The notes beneath the pieces were generated by a model, which saw nothing but the letters and a program-made list of their open reading frames with translations, was not told the origin of the DNA and made no database searches. The translations under genes were made by a program, and so were the position numbers. Positions 9,304-19,937 of a DNA stretch of 43,304 nucleotides are shown here, in pieces; position 1 is the stretch's first letter; every line of letters begins with the position of its first letter. This DNA is from a virus (taxonomy: Duplodnaviria; Caudoviricetes), in IMG/VR virus record IMGVR_UViG_3300049847_000423, positions 1-43,304 of that record; one strand, written 5' to 3'.

Positions 9304-10101
9304 ATGGCACAACAAGTAAAAACAACTTTAGATTTTGTTAACGAAGGTAAAATTGTTAACCTACCCGATGGTGTAAACCCACAAGATGCAGCAACCGTTG
9401 CACAACTAAATGCAGCTATAGAAGGTTTATCACCTAAAGATAGTTGCCGTGTAGCTACGGTCAGTAACATCTCTATTGCATCACCAGGAGCAACAATAGA
9501 TGGTATTACAATGGTTGCAGGTGATCGTGTTTTGGTAAAGAACCAAACAACTGGAAGCGAAAATGGTATTTACATTTGGAATGGTGCAGCCGTAGCAATG
9601 ACTCGTTCACTAGACGCAAATACTGCCAATGAATTAGAAGCTGCAATTGTTGCAGTAGAAGAAGGTACTAATGCAAATACTACATGGAGACAAACTACTG
9701 TAAACTTTGTTTTAGGAACTGGTTCTCCGGCTTGGGTGCAATTTGGTGTAGCTGCTTCGCCAGCAAGTGAGACAACTGCAGGTATTGCACAAGTAGCTAC
9801 ACAAGCAGAGACAGATGCAGGTGTTATAGACACTGATATGGTAACACCATTGAAGTTGAAAAACTCCACATTGATTGCTAAAATGGCAAGTGGTTTAATT
9901 GGAGATGGCACTGCAACTCAATATGATGTAGTGCATAATTTCAACACTCGTAAAGTTGTTGTTTGTGTACGCCGTAATAGTTCGCCGTGGGATGAGGTAC
10001 AAACCGATAAAGAATGCCCTGATGCAAATACAGTACGTATTCGCTTTAATGTGGCACCGTCTTCAAACCAATTTGAGGTAACAATATTTGCTAGGTCGTA
10101 A
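9304..10101 (+). CDS. Putative fibre or decoration protein
   Basis: DAATVAQL stalk motif, IDG..GDRVLVKNQT..ENGIY domain, ASETTAGIAQVATQAE tail-fibre repeat. Confidence 0.7.
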   Translation: MAQQVKTTLDFVNEGKIVNLPDGVNPQDAATVAQLNAAIEGLSPKDSCRVATVSNISIASPGATIDGITMVAGDRVLVKNQTTGSENGIYIWNGAAVAMTRSLDANTANELEAAIVAVEEGTNANTTWRQTTVNFVLGTGSPAWVQFGVAASPASETTAGIAQVATQAETDAGVIDTDMVTPLKLKNSTLIAKMASGLIGDGTATQYDVVHNFNTRKVVVCVRRNSSPWDEVQTDKECPDANTVRIRFNVAPSSNQFEVTIFARS

Positions 10102-10640
10102 TGGAAGATTTTAGCACACCAATAGAAACAAGAGGAAGACCATTGATTGTTCAATCACTGGTCTTAAATGCTGCATATACTACACCAATCGGAACGGCAA
10201 ATGTATTGAAGCAATTATTTAACACACCTGCAAATGGTACATTTAATGCTAGGGCAGCTACAACTTATTTCTTTGAGTGTTATTTTGATTTATCGGCAAT
10301 GACTGCAACAAGTGGTTCTATTGGTTTTGGTTTTGCTGGTACAGCTACAATTACTTCATTAAAGTTTGATACTATTGGAAATAAAGCTGCTTTAGTTACG
10401 GCTGCCGCACCACAATGCACAGCAGGTAATACAGCAACAAATACAACAGTAGTTACAGCTAATGTTAATACAGTTGGCTGGGTAAAAGTAAATGGAGTTA
10501 TAAGAATAAATGCCGCAGGAACACTAATACCATCGTTTAGTTTAGGTGTTGCAGCAGCAGCTGTAGTAGGCATTAATTCATATTTTAAAATATATCAGAT
10601 TGGAATAAATACTATTACAAACACAGGATTTTTTAGTTAA
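10101..10640 (+). CDS. Putative fibre tip or structural protein (Ala/Thr/Gly-rich beta protein)
   Basis: Composition; translationally coupled to the fibre gene. Confidence 0.55.
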   Translation: MEDFSTPIETRGRPLIVQSLVLNAAYTTPIGTANVLKQLFNTPANGTFNARAATTYFFECYFDLSAMTATSGSIGFGFAGTATITSLKFDTIGNKAALVTAAAPQCTAGNTATNTTVVTANVNTVGWVKVNGVIRINAAGTLIPSFSLGVAAAAVVGINSYFKIYQIGINTITNTGFFS

Positions 10641-10642
10641 TA

Positions 10643-10942
10643 ATGTTAGAAAAGGCAATTACCATATCGTTACAAATAACAGCAATTTATGTGCTGTTTC
10701 AACAAGGAAGCCTGTTAGGTGGTGTACGAATATGGGCGGCTAATTTGATTGACAAACACTTTGACAAAATCAAAAGCATTTACATTCAAAAGCCATTATG
10801 GGATTGCCTTTGTTGCATGAGTAGCTTTTGGACTATTGTATTAACATGGAGCTTTGACATAAGATTGTTGCTATGTGTGTGCGGAGTCAATTGTATCATC
10901 TATAATTTATTTTTTACAGATGAGACAGGTATTAGAGAGTAA
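10643..10942 (+). CDS. Small membrane protein with a CxCC motif
   Basis: Hydrophobic segments; PLWDCLCCMSSFW. Confidence 0.6.
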   Translation: MLEKAITISLQITAIYVLFQQGSLLGGVRIWAANLIDKHFDKIKSIYIQKPLWDCLCCMSSFWTIVLTWSFDIRLLLCVCGVNCIIYNLFFTDETGIRE

Positions 10943-11138
10943 AGGGTGGGTAATGTATTATGAATGTGTAGTGCCATGTGGGCATAAACAGTATTTCAAT
11001 CATCCTGAAAAACATGGGTATGAAATACGGACGAAAGTAAAAAATAATACATTCAGTATCTTACTTAACAACATGGTAATTGCTGGGCCGTTTTGGGGAT
11101 TTGAAATTGAAGAAAAATTATTAAAGTATGCAAACTAA
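10920..11138 (+). CDS. Hypothetical protein
   Basis: ORF track 10875..11138; ATG at 10920 preferred. Confidence 0.6.
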   Translation: MRQVLESKGWVMYYECVVPCGHKQYFNHPEKHGYEIRTKVKNNTFSILLNNMVIAGPFWGFEIEEKLLKYAN

Positions 11139-11763
11139 AATGGAAATATTAACAGGTATTAACCCAAAGGAGTTTTTTCCTGATGCCAAACATATTATTA
11201 CCTATGCTTTTACCATTGGTGATAGACATTATTTCCGTTTTGATGATTTGCTGAATATGAATTATGACCGTGCATTAAAGTGCTTGGTATACTATAAGGA
11301 GTTAGATATGAATTGCGATAGAACATTTTTAAAGGCTCATACACTAGCTTTTGATAATGCCCTAAAACAGCAGCAAATAACTATTGATACTTTGGTTGAG
11401 TTGAAGCATTTGAACGACCAGTTAAAGCAAAGGTTGGAATTGCCAAAAGAGCCTGATTTAATGTTCAAACTGGCATCAGTGGTATTCTTTGACCAAAAAG
11501 AAAACCCGTATGTGTATGAGTACAAATATGGAGAGAATAAAATAAGGTTTTGGAAAAAAAGCACAAGCCTTACTGATTTTTTTTTGCAGAAGCCACTATT
11601 GGAATTGATACCTTATTTGCAGTATGCAGGAGAAAATTTAGAACAGTTTTCGGCGATGACCAAAAAAACAAACCAACAACATTTGGACAAGATGTTAGCC
11701 ATGCTATCGGACGAACAGAAGATGATATTGCAAGGCAAATTAAACTTGTCGCCGGCAGTATAA
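11128..11763 (+). CDS. Tail assembly chaperone (G form); a -1 frameshift gives a GT form ending at 11861
   Basis: Directly upstream of the tape measure gene; T9 run at 11577-11585; the -1 frame is open from 11577 to TAA 11859-11861. Confidence 0.75.
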   Translation: MQTKMEILTGINPKEFFPDAKHIITYAFTIGDRHYFRFDDLLNMNYDRALKCLVYYKELDMNCDRTFLKAHTLAFDNALKQQQITIDTLVELKHLNDQLKQRLELPKEPDLMFKLASVVFFDQKENPYVYEYKYGENKIRFWKKSTSLTDFFLQKPLLELIPYLQYAGENLEQFSAMTKKTNQQHLDKMLAMLSDEQKMILQGKLNLSPAV

Positions 11764-11860
11764 ACGCTGCAATACTTTCTCATTTAACAATCTACGAGTT
11801 TTATTGGGAGCTTGAGGAATTACTAAAGGCTGCCATTAAACAAAAGGCAAAACAAAAGTA

Positions 11861-14800
11861 ATGTCGGCAGAAAATGTAGTAATCAATTTTGTGGGTAAAA
11901 CGGATGAATTAAAGCCAGTTGAAAATGCTTTGGACAATATTATTGCCCAAAGTGGTGAAGTTGGACAGGCTTGGGGAAAGGCTGCATCTGCAATGAACAA
12001 TCAAACAAAAACTTCTACTGAAAGCACTAATAAATTAGCAAAAAGTATAGATGCATTAGCCACAGCAGCAAAGAGTATGGATAAGGCTGTTATAGGCGGT
12101 GCATATAAAGACTACCTTAAACAAATACAGGCACAGTTAGGACTTACAAATAAAGAATTGATTGCCTATATACAAAATGCCCGAAAAGCTGCACAGGAAA
12201 GCATATTTACAGCCCAAACAGATGAGGAAATAAATCAGATTACGCTTTCCATTGAAGCGATGAATGAACAACTAAAACAGTTGGGGGCATGGGAAGATGA
12301 AGCAGGAGACAAAACACAGTCATTACGTTCAAGAATTAAGGAAGCAAAAGAAGAATTGGTTGCTATGGCCGAAGCAGGTTTACAAGGAACTCCGGCATTT
12401 CAGGCTCTGCAAGAAAAAGCAGGTGAACTGGACGACCAAATGAGGGATTTGAACGCTACAGTTAAGGGATTAGGAAGCGACACAAAACACATTGATGGGT
12501 TAATTTCTTTGGCCGGTGGCGTAGCTGGTGGATTTGCAGTAGCACAAGGTGCGGCTGCTTTATTTGGTAGCGAGAATGAAGAGGTGCAAAAGGCATTACT
12601 AAAAGTAAATGCCGCTATGAGCATTTTGCAAGGATTACAAGCTATTCAGAACGTATTACAAAAAGAAAGTGCTGCTTCATTACTATTCAATACAGGTGCA
12701 AGGACTGCACAAACAACAGCAGTAGTTGCAGAGACTGCTGCGGAAGTTGCCAATGTTGCTGCCACTGAAGCCGTGGTAGTAGCTGAAGGGGCACAGGTAG
12801 TTGCTACAGAAGCTGCAACTGTAGCCCAAACAGAATTGAATGTGGCAATGAGCCTTAACCCGATAGGTTTAGTGATTGCTGGTGTAGTTGCTTTGGTTGC
12901 TGCAATTAGCATATTTAGCAGTTCAAGTAGAGATGCAGCGGTTGCACAAAATACTTTCAATGATGCCATGAAAGAGGCAACGGATTACCTCGACATTGAT
13001 TTGAAAGCATTAGAGCATACAACCAGCAAACATGTTGCTTTAGCTAAACAAAGAGGAGCATCGGCGGTTGAATTGACAAGAATAGAGGGTGAAGCAGGTA
13101 ATGCAAGGTTAAAAATTATTGATGATGCACGAGTTGCTACAGCAAAAGCCTTAAACGATGAGAAAGTAAGAAATGAATTAAGTGCAGAAGATTACAAAAA
13201 GCTACTTGATAAAAACCTTGAATTAGATTTTAAGTATCAAGATGAGCGAAATGCACTTGAAGTTAAAAGTATAGAGTTCCGAAAAACTTTAGCAGACAAT
13301 GAACTGAAATCGTTTATTGCATTTCAAGAAGCTAAAGTATTGGCAACACGTAGCGGTTCTATAGCTGAAAAAAATGCACAGATTGCTTCTATTCGTGCCA
13401 CAAGAGATGCAAAGGATAAATTAAACCCTGACCTGACACCTGGCGAAAAGGCTAAAAATGCCGCCGAAGATGCAAGGGCAATATCTGATATTCAGCTACA
13501 GATTTATGCCTATACCTTGAAGTCAATTACTTCAATGGACGAAGCTAATGTTGCTAATAAAAAGAGACAGATTTTACAAAATCAGGTTGACAGCATTGCT
13601 TCTATAAAGGCTGTAACAGATGCTGAAATTGCAGCTATACGTTCAAGAACAAGTGAACAAATAAAATCAAACCCTAATCTTTCTAAAGGAGAACGAGCCA
13701 AAATTGAAGCTGAAGCAAATTTACAGATTGCGGAATTAAGAAGGCAACACGAAACAAAGTTGCTTGAGATAAAGAAAGCTGGTATCAATGCACAGTTGAT
13801 TTTGGCACAAAAAGGAACACAGGATGAATACGATGCCAAAATACAATTCATTGAAGCATCACAGCAGATAGATTTATCAGCCACCGAATTGACCGAACAG
13901 CAGGTATCTGAAATAAAGGCGAAATATCAAAAACAACGTCAAGATGCTTTACGAGCATTTAATGAAGCACAGCTACAAAACCAAATCAGCTATGAAAATG
14001 CCGCATTGGATAAGTTTGGCATAACCGAAAATCAAAAACTTGACATTACACTTTCTCGTTTGGATAAACAACGCCAACTGGAAATTAGTCAGGCAGAAGG
14101 TAATACTGCAAAAATTGCTGAAATAAATGCCAAATATGATAAGCAAACTATTGAGGCAAAAAAGGCTACAATAAAAGCCATATTGGATGATAACCTACGA
14201 ACATTAGAAGTATTTACTTTCAAATCTGCACAGGCAAATCAACGAATTGTAGAATCTCAATTTGCTTCAGGCGATGCAAAAATTAAAGCCCTTGAACAAC
14301 TACAGAAGTTTGAGGATGATAAGTTCGACCTGCAACATAAAGCACTTACAAAGCAGGTTGAAGATGGCTTACTTACTGCACACGAATTTGATGTTGCATA
14401 TCAAGACCTATTAAATAAGCGAAGCGAATCAGAGGAAAAGACACAGAAGCAGATTACAGAAATTTATATAAAGGAAACAGAAAAAAGAGTTGCCTTTTAT
14501 AAAGCTGGATTTGCAATACTGCAAAAAGGATTAGATGCAGTATTGAATACGAGTGCTATTAAAACGGCACTTAATGAGTTCCAAAATGTGTTTGCCACCA
14601 TTACAGAAAGTGTTGGTAAGCTAAAGGCAATACTGGACGATCCTAATATTAGCCCTGCCGAAAAAACACAGGCTCGCCTTACTGCTTTTAAAGAAGAAGC
14701 GGCTGCGGTTATTCAGGCTACCCAAGCCGTGGTTAATCAAATATTTGCTGATAGTGCAGCAGCAAGGCAACAGGCATTAAATGACCAGTTGGCTTTGCTG

Positions 14801-15487
14801 GAGGAACAAAAGCAAAAGGAACTTGACAATAAAAACCTTACTGAACAACAGAAAGCCGACATAGAGGAAAAATACAAGCAACGTGAAAGGCAGGAAAAAA
14901 TAAAGGCTTTTAATGCTGATAAAGAAGCAAAGAAAACACAAGCCGTTATCAATGGTTTATTAGGTATTACTAATGCTTTTGCTACGGCTCCTACTATTAT
15001 TGCCGGAGTAATACTTGCAGCATTGGTGGCGGCATCTACAGCAATTCAGGTAGCTAAAATAAGTAGTACACCTGTTCCACGCTTCAAGTACGGTAAGCAA
15101 AAAGGTGGGTATGAAGGTTTGGGTATCGTAGATGATGGTGGTAAGTTTGAACCTATTTGGCGTAAAGATGGCAGCATAGAAATTGCTACAGGCAGCCCAA
15201 AAGACAGGCTTACTTATCTGCATAGAGATGATATGGTCTTTCCATCAATGGAGGCAATGTATAAGCATTTCTCATTTCCGCAGGTGCCGGAGTTTGTACA
15301 TCCTACCGCAACAAATCAGTCAATAGATTATGACAAGTTAGCCGAAGCTGTGGCAAACAAAATGGCTGGTATTATACCTGCCCCTGCACAAATACACAAC
15401 GCTATTGATGGAGATAGTTTGAAACAATTTATGCTTAGTGGTAATACAAAAACTGAAATCAAAAACAAATACTTCTCAATGACATAA
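11861..15487 (+). CDS. Tail tape measure protein
   Basis: 1208 aa, Ala/Gln/Lys-rich helical protein, NPIGLVIAGVVALVAA hydrophobic segment, follows the chaperone. Confidence 0.9.
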   Translation: MSAENVVINFVGKTDELKPVENALDNIIAQSGEVGQAWGKAASAMNNQTKTSTESTNKLAKSIDALATAAKSMDKAVIGGAYKDYLKQIQAQLGLTNKELIAYIQNARKAAQESIFTAQTDEEINQITLSIEAMNEQLKQLGAWEDEAGDKTQSLRSRIKEAKEELVAMAEAGLQGTPAFQALQEKAGELDDQMRDLNATVKGLGSDTKHIDGLISLAGGVAGGFAVAQGAAALFGSENEEVQKALLKVNAAMSILQGLQAIQNVLQKESAASLLFNTGARTAQTTAVVAETAAEVANVAATEAVVVAEGAQVVATEAATVAQTELNVAMSLNPIGLVIAGVVALVAAISIFSSSSRDAAVAQNTFNDAMKEATDYLDIDLKALEHTTSKHVALAKQRGASAVELTRIEGEAGNARLKIIDDARVATAKALNDEKVRNELSAEDYKKLLDKNLELDFKYQDERNALEVKSIEFRKTLADNELKSFIAFQEAKVLATRSGSIAEKNAQIASIRATRDAKDKLNPDLTPGEKAKNAAEDARAISDIQLQIYAYTLKSITSMDEANVANKKRQILQNQVDSIASIKAVTDAEIAAIRSRTSEQIKSNPNLSKGERAKIEAEANLQIAELRRQHETKLLEIKKAGINAQLILAQKGTQDEYDAKIQFIEASQQIDLSATELTEQQVSEIKAKYQKQRQDALRAFNEAQLQNQISYENAALDKFGITENQKLDITLSRLDKQRQLEISQAEGNTAKIAEINAKYDKQTIEAKKATIKAILDDNLRTLEVFTFKSAQANQRIVESQFASGDAKIKALEQLQKFEDDKFDLQHKALTKQVEDGLLTAHEFDVAYQDLLNKRSESEEKTQKQITEIYIKETEKRVAFYKAGFAILQKGLDAVLNTSAIKTALNEFQNVFATITESVGKLKAILDDPNISPAEKTQARLTAFKEEAAAVIQATQAVVNQIFADSAAARQQALNDQLALLEEQKQKELDNKNLTEQQKADIEEKYKQRERQEKIKAFNADKEAKKTQAVINGLLGITNAFATAPTIIAGVILAALVAASTAIQVAKISSTPVPRFKYGKQKGGYEGLGIVDDGGKFEPIWRKDGSIEIATGSPKDRLTYLHRDDMVFPSMEAMYKHFSFPQVPEFVHPTATNQSIDYDKLAEAVANKMAGIIPAPAQIHNAIDGDSLKQFMLSGNTKTEIKNKYFSMT

Positions 15488-18120
15488 TGCTTTGGAGATT
15501 TACCATATTAGACCGAAATAATGTAACAACTGTAATAGATGAACCTACAGGATGGGATGCTAATGTTTCCGAGATAAAAAGAGACTTGGACTGGCATGGC
15601 ATTGTATTCACTAATCAGGGTGAAACATTTTTATTTGATGGGAAAGCAAAAAAGCTACTAAAAGACGAATACGATACTTATGGCGTACAGGGTGAAATGA
15701 CGTTGATAATGGAGGAAGATTGCGGCAATGGATATGAGGAATTTAGCCGAGGCAAATTTATGTTCAAAGATTTTGAGTTTGTATGTGGCGACGATTGTTA
15801 TGTAAAAGTTCCTGTTGAAACTACAAAAGAAACAAAGGACTTACGCAATAGGTTAAATCAAAAAGTAAATCTTGAAACATCTGTAGCCTTTGACGAAACA
15901 ACAGTATTACCTACTTATGCAGCTTTGCCGTTTGAAATGGAGTTACCAAGCAAGGGAATATTTATAAAAGACCACTCCATCAATGAAACAAATATTGATG
16001 AAGAGTTCAATGGCGGATTACAAGCACCTTTCAATACAGGATGGAATTTAACCTATGGGCAACTGGAATTTGCAATGACAATAAAAGCTGCTGAAATTGG
16101 AGGATTCTCATTTAATCCTGTACAAAAAGTAGGCACTACATATCATGGCCATACAATGGATTTGGCTTCGCAAAATAGCAATACAGCTAACTTATTCCCT
16201 GATACAAGCACCCAAAATACAGGGCATCCGTTTCCAATGTCGGGGTTATGGCCATTGAATTTAAGCCCTATTGTAAATTATTATGCAGATAGTCCCAATT
16301 ATGGGCAAATAAGCAATCCTGTACAGTTAGGATTATTGTTTAATGGACAAATTGAAGTATTGAATACAGTTGTTAGCACAACAGCATTTTACCTACTTAG
16401 ATTGCCAAGCAGACCTAATTTATTAACCAATGGAGAGTTGCTTTCGCATTATGAAATTGTTTATCGTAATGTATTGTACGATCCTTCAAACTATTTCCCT
16501 AACCCTGGTACTGGTGGAGTTGGATTGCAACCGGGTTCTGTATTAAATATAGGGGCCACTTTTGTTGACAATAATTTTATTCTTAATGAGGGCGATAGGC
16601 TGTATATGTTCATAACCATAACAGAGCGGAAAAATCAATCAATGATTAACGCTATAAACAATGGTGCCAAGGCTTTTAAACTTACTATCAATCAAAATAG
16701 TTTTTTCAAAATATCTAACCTTTCGCATACTCCAGCAACCACCTCAAAAGTATTTGCTGTAAACGAAGCGTTGAGCCGTATTTCGGAAAGTATTACCAAT
16801 GATAATTTAAGGGCATATAGTGAATACTTTGGGCGTACAGATAGCCAACCATACAGCCATGCTGTGGATGGTTGTGGCGGATTGGAAGTTATCACAGACG
16901 GCATAAGAATTCGTAAACAGGAAAACAGGATACCAAACAAACCAAGTCTATTTTCACTAAGTCTTCAGGACATTTTTGAGGGGTTAAACCCTATACATAA
17001 TATCGGAATGGGCGTTGAAACAGACCCTAACAGGGCTGGATATAATCGTTTACGTGTAGAGCCATGGCAACACTTCTATAACAACAATATTATTTTAAGT
17101 TGCACAGATGTAGGCAAGGTAACTCGTAAGATGTACGAGAAGGAAGTATTCAGCACCTTTCAATTTGGATATGCTAAGTGGGAAGCTGAGGAATACACCG
17201 GCTTGGATGAATTTCTTACCAAACGTACCTACCGTACAACATTAAATCAGGTAAAGAATGATTTGGTAAAGTTGAGCAAGTTTATTGCTTCGGGGTATGC
17301 TTTGGAAATTACGAGGCGTAAAGGTGATAACAACAGTAAGGATTGGCGATATGACAAGGAAAGTTTTATTATTTGTGCTACAAGAGTGCCTCATTTCAGG
17401 GTTATTTTTAATGCTGCAAATAATACAATAAAGGTTTTTACCAATCAGCAAAACCAATCGTACTTTTTAGGGTCTGCAACAATAACAGTCGCTGGTACTG
17501 TAAATAATAATGCTACTTACAATATTATTTCAGCAACTACTACCAGCTTTGATTATGTGCTTTATCAGGTAACTCAAAATATTGTTTTTGATGAAGAATG
17601 TTTTATTGCCACATTTCCAAGTATAGTATTCCCTTCAGGTCTGTATGTAGAGCTTGGCAATGTGCTTAATCCGCAAAACATTATTGACCCTGCAACACTT
17701 TACAACTATCGTATTAGTCCTATCCGTAACGCTATGCGTTGGATGAATAGGGTATTTGAGAGTTACAAACAGTTTGCAAGTGCAAAAATCATCTTCACGG
17801 ATGGCGATGCCAATTACTACGCACAGGGCGAAATGGAAGACCCGAACTGCAAATTGGAAAATGGTTCATTGATTGAAAATGATACAATTGATTTAACTAT
17901 TTACGCAGACCAAAATAATGCGAAACCATTTTTAAGCTCTGAAAGAGTAACGTTTGATTATCCAATGAGTAGCAAGGATTACAAGCTGATTGAAGCTAAT
18001 CCGTATGGGCTAATTCACTTTTCAAGCGATTGTGAAGATGGATTTGGCTGGATTGAAAGCATTCAATACAAGCCCGAAGAAGGTAAGGGAACATTTACAT
18101 TAATTCCAAAAACAAACTAA
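15487..18120 (+). CDS. Tail tip/hub protein
   Basis: 877 aa directly after the tape measure gene; N-terminal EPTGWD motif; position. Confidence 0.65.
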   Translation: MLWRFTILDRNNVTTVIDEPTGWDANVSEIKRDLDWHGIVFTNQGETFLFDGKAKKLLKDEYDTYGVQGEMTLIMEEDCGNGYEEFSRGKFMFKDFEFVCGDDCYVKVPVETTKETKDLRNRLNQKVNLETSVAFDETTVLPTYAALPFEMELPSKGIFIKDHSINETNIDEEFNGGLQAPFNTGWNLTYGQLEFAMTIKAAEIGGFSFNPVQKVGTTYHGHTMDLASQNSNTANLFPDTSTQNTGHPFPMSGLWPLNLSPIVNYYADSPNYGQISNPVQLGLLFNGQIEVLNTVVSTTAFYLLRLPSRPNLLTNGELLSHYEIVYRNVLYDPSNYFPNPGTGGVGLQPGSVLNIGATFVDNNFILNEGDRLYMFITITERKNQSMINAINNGAKAFKLTINQNSFFKISNLSHTPATTSKVFAVNEALSRISESITNDNLRAYSEYFGRTDSQPYSHAVDGCGGLEVITDGIRIRKQENRIPNKPSLFSLSLQDIFEGLNPIHNIGMGVETDPNRAGYNRLRVEPWQHFYNNNIILSCTDVGKVTRKMYEKEVFSTFQFGYAKWEAEEYTGLDEFLTKRTYRTTLNQVKNDLVKLSKFIASGYALEITRRKGDNNSKDWRYDKESFIICATRVPHFRVIFNAANNTIKVFTNQQNQSYFLGSATITVAGTVNNNATYNIISATTTSFDYVLYQVTQNIVFDEECFIATFPSIVFPSGLYVELGNVLNPQNIIDPATLYNYRISPIRNAMRWMNRVFESYKQFASAKIIFTDGDANYYAQGEMEDPNCKLENGSLIENDTIDLTIYADQNNAKPFLSSERVTFDYPMSSKDYKLIEANPYGLIHFSSDCEDGFGWIESIQYKPEEGKGTFTLIPKTN

Positions 18121-19925
18121 TGGCAGCAATTAATATTATATCGCCAAAATACAGTTTTGTAAACTTCAATCCGGCAAATAGTACCGCTAACTGTTGCATT
18201 GGAGAGAATGAAGTTTGTTTGCCGGTATGTGCTGAAACAGATTTGATTTTTCAATTCAATATTACTACTGCCAATATTCAGGATGCAAACGACTTAATGA
18301 ATAATGCAGTATCTGATATACAATTATTGCTTTTAGATGTTAATGGAAATCTTGTACATAATTGGACTGCAACAGACAATCTGTTATTTGAAAGATACCG
18401 AACTGGTGCCACACAGGTAACTTACTTGTGGAGAAATACCCTATTAGGATTGATTGGATTAATTCAGTACAATCAATGCTTTAGTTTTAAAATATACGCT
18501 TCAACAGCTATCAATTCAAACATAGAAACAAAGGAAGCATTCAGCAATTGTTTTATCCTAAAAAGCCATGATTGTTTTACTTCTGTTTTAGATTATGCCA
18601 ATAATGAAAACTATGCAGATTTTCAATACTGCAATATCACAAACCCTATAAACAGGGTAAGGCTTTATATGTACTTGTCGCAGCCGAAATCTATTGAAGA
18701 TAAAGCCGTATATCGTAAAAGCAATGGTGTTATCAGGCAAACTAGGTCATTGATAACAAAAGAGTATACAGCTCAAACAGAACATTTTAATGAGTTGCTT
18801 CATGATAAAATCGTTATTGCCTTGGCACATGACTTAGTAAATATTTCAACGGGTAACTACAATGGTGGCATTAGTAAAACTGGCGAATATGATATAGATT
18901 GGACAGACAATATTTGTATAGCACCTGCAAAATTTAAAGTATTAGCAACACCTTATGCAATCAGAAATAATAATTGTGCAGATTGCCAACCTGTTGATTT
19001 AAACATACCTGCTTGTCCATTAATTACCAACATACAAGCCTCGGTAGTAAACAATAACGATGGTACAGAAACAATTACAATTACTTGGAATTTTTTAAAT
19101 CCAATAGTTACACAACTACATACAGCAGGTTACATTGCACCAGCTACAACAGGGATACCTGCATTTAGTGACAATATTTCACCAAATGTACCTTATGTAA
19201 AGACTGTACCAATAGGGGTGTATAACATTGGATTTTGGAGTGCATCTTTAATAAATGAATGCACTTTTGCTGGCCCTGCATTTATCAACAATGTTGGTAT
19301 TGGTGCAGGTGGTTGTATTCCTGTGGGTATTATTGGTAATCCAAATTTACCTAACGGCACAGTAGGCACTGCTTACAATTACTCATTTAATCTTAGCGGA
19401 GATGCTCCGTTTGCGTTAGCAAACATAAATAAGCCATCTTGGATGAATATTGCTATATCAGGTAGTAGTGTTGTATTCAGTGGTACACCGAATGCAATAG
19501 GAACTAATATACCTGTATCGTTCAATATTACTAACTGTGCTGGGGTTAATTCGGTTGCATTTTCAGATACATTAAATATAAGCGGTGCAGCACAGCCTGG
19601 CGACATAACAATGGATTGTAACGTTGGCTCACAAGACCCAATACCTTTTGGCGTAGCAGGAACGTACAATTTTTATGGAATGGGAATTACCGTCAATACA
19701 CCTGGAACAGTTATATTGACCGCCTATAACGACCAAGCAGGAATCCTTAATGGGTATAGTATGTACAAGCAGCAGACTGTAAATATTACCGCAGGGCAAA
19801 CATTTATTGACTTTGCAGTTGATTACGATGGAGGTGGCGTACACACAATTTTTGAAATGTTTTTTTCAGTAACAGATTTATCCGGAACACAGCTATGTAG
19901 TGGTAGTTTCTGGTCATTCATTTAA
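18120..19925 (+). CDS. Tail protein with C-terminal Ig-like domains
   Basis: LPNGTVGTAYNYSF...PSWMNI...SGTP putative Ig repeat; Cys-rich N-terminal part. Confidence 0.65.
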   Translation: MAAINIISPKYSFVNFNPANSTANCCIGENEVCLPVCAETDLIFQFNITTANIQDANDLMNNAVSDIQLLLLDVNGNLVHNWTATDNLLFERYRTGATQVTYLWRNTLLGLIGLIQYNQCFSFKIYASTAINSNIETKEAFSNCFILKSHDCFTSVLDYANNENYADFQYCNITNPINRVRLYMYLSQPKSIEDKAVYRKSNGVIRQTRSLITKEYTAQTEHFNELLHDKIVIALAHDLVNISTGNYNGGISKTGEYDIDWTDNICIAPAKFKVLATPYAIRNNNCADCQPVDLNIPACPLITNIQASVVNNNDGTETITITWNFLNPIVTQLHTAGYIAPATTGIPAFSDNISPNVPYVKTVPIGVYNIGFWSASLINECTFAGPAFINNVGIGAGGCIPVGIIGNPNLPNGTVGTAYNYSFNLSGDAPFALANINKPSWMNIAISGSSVVFSGTPNAIGTNIPVSFNITNCAGVNSVAFSDTLNISGAAQPGDITMDCNVGSQDPIPFGVAGTYNFYGMGITVNTPGTVILTAYNDQAGILNGYSMYKQQTVNITAGQTFIDFAVDYDGGGVHTIFEMFFSVTDLSGTQLCSGSFWSFI

Positions 19926-19937
19926 ACAAAATTATTT

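Noticed and set aside
12400-15223. Antisense ORFs within the tape measure gene (and similar shadow ORFs over other long genes)
   Set aside because: They are fully nested opposite strong genes, with no motifs or promoters, as expected from codon-bias shadows
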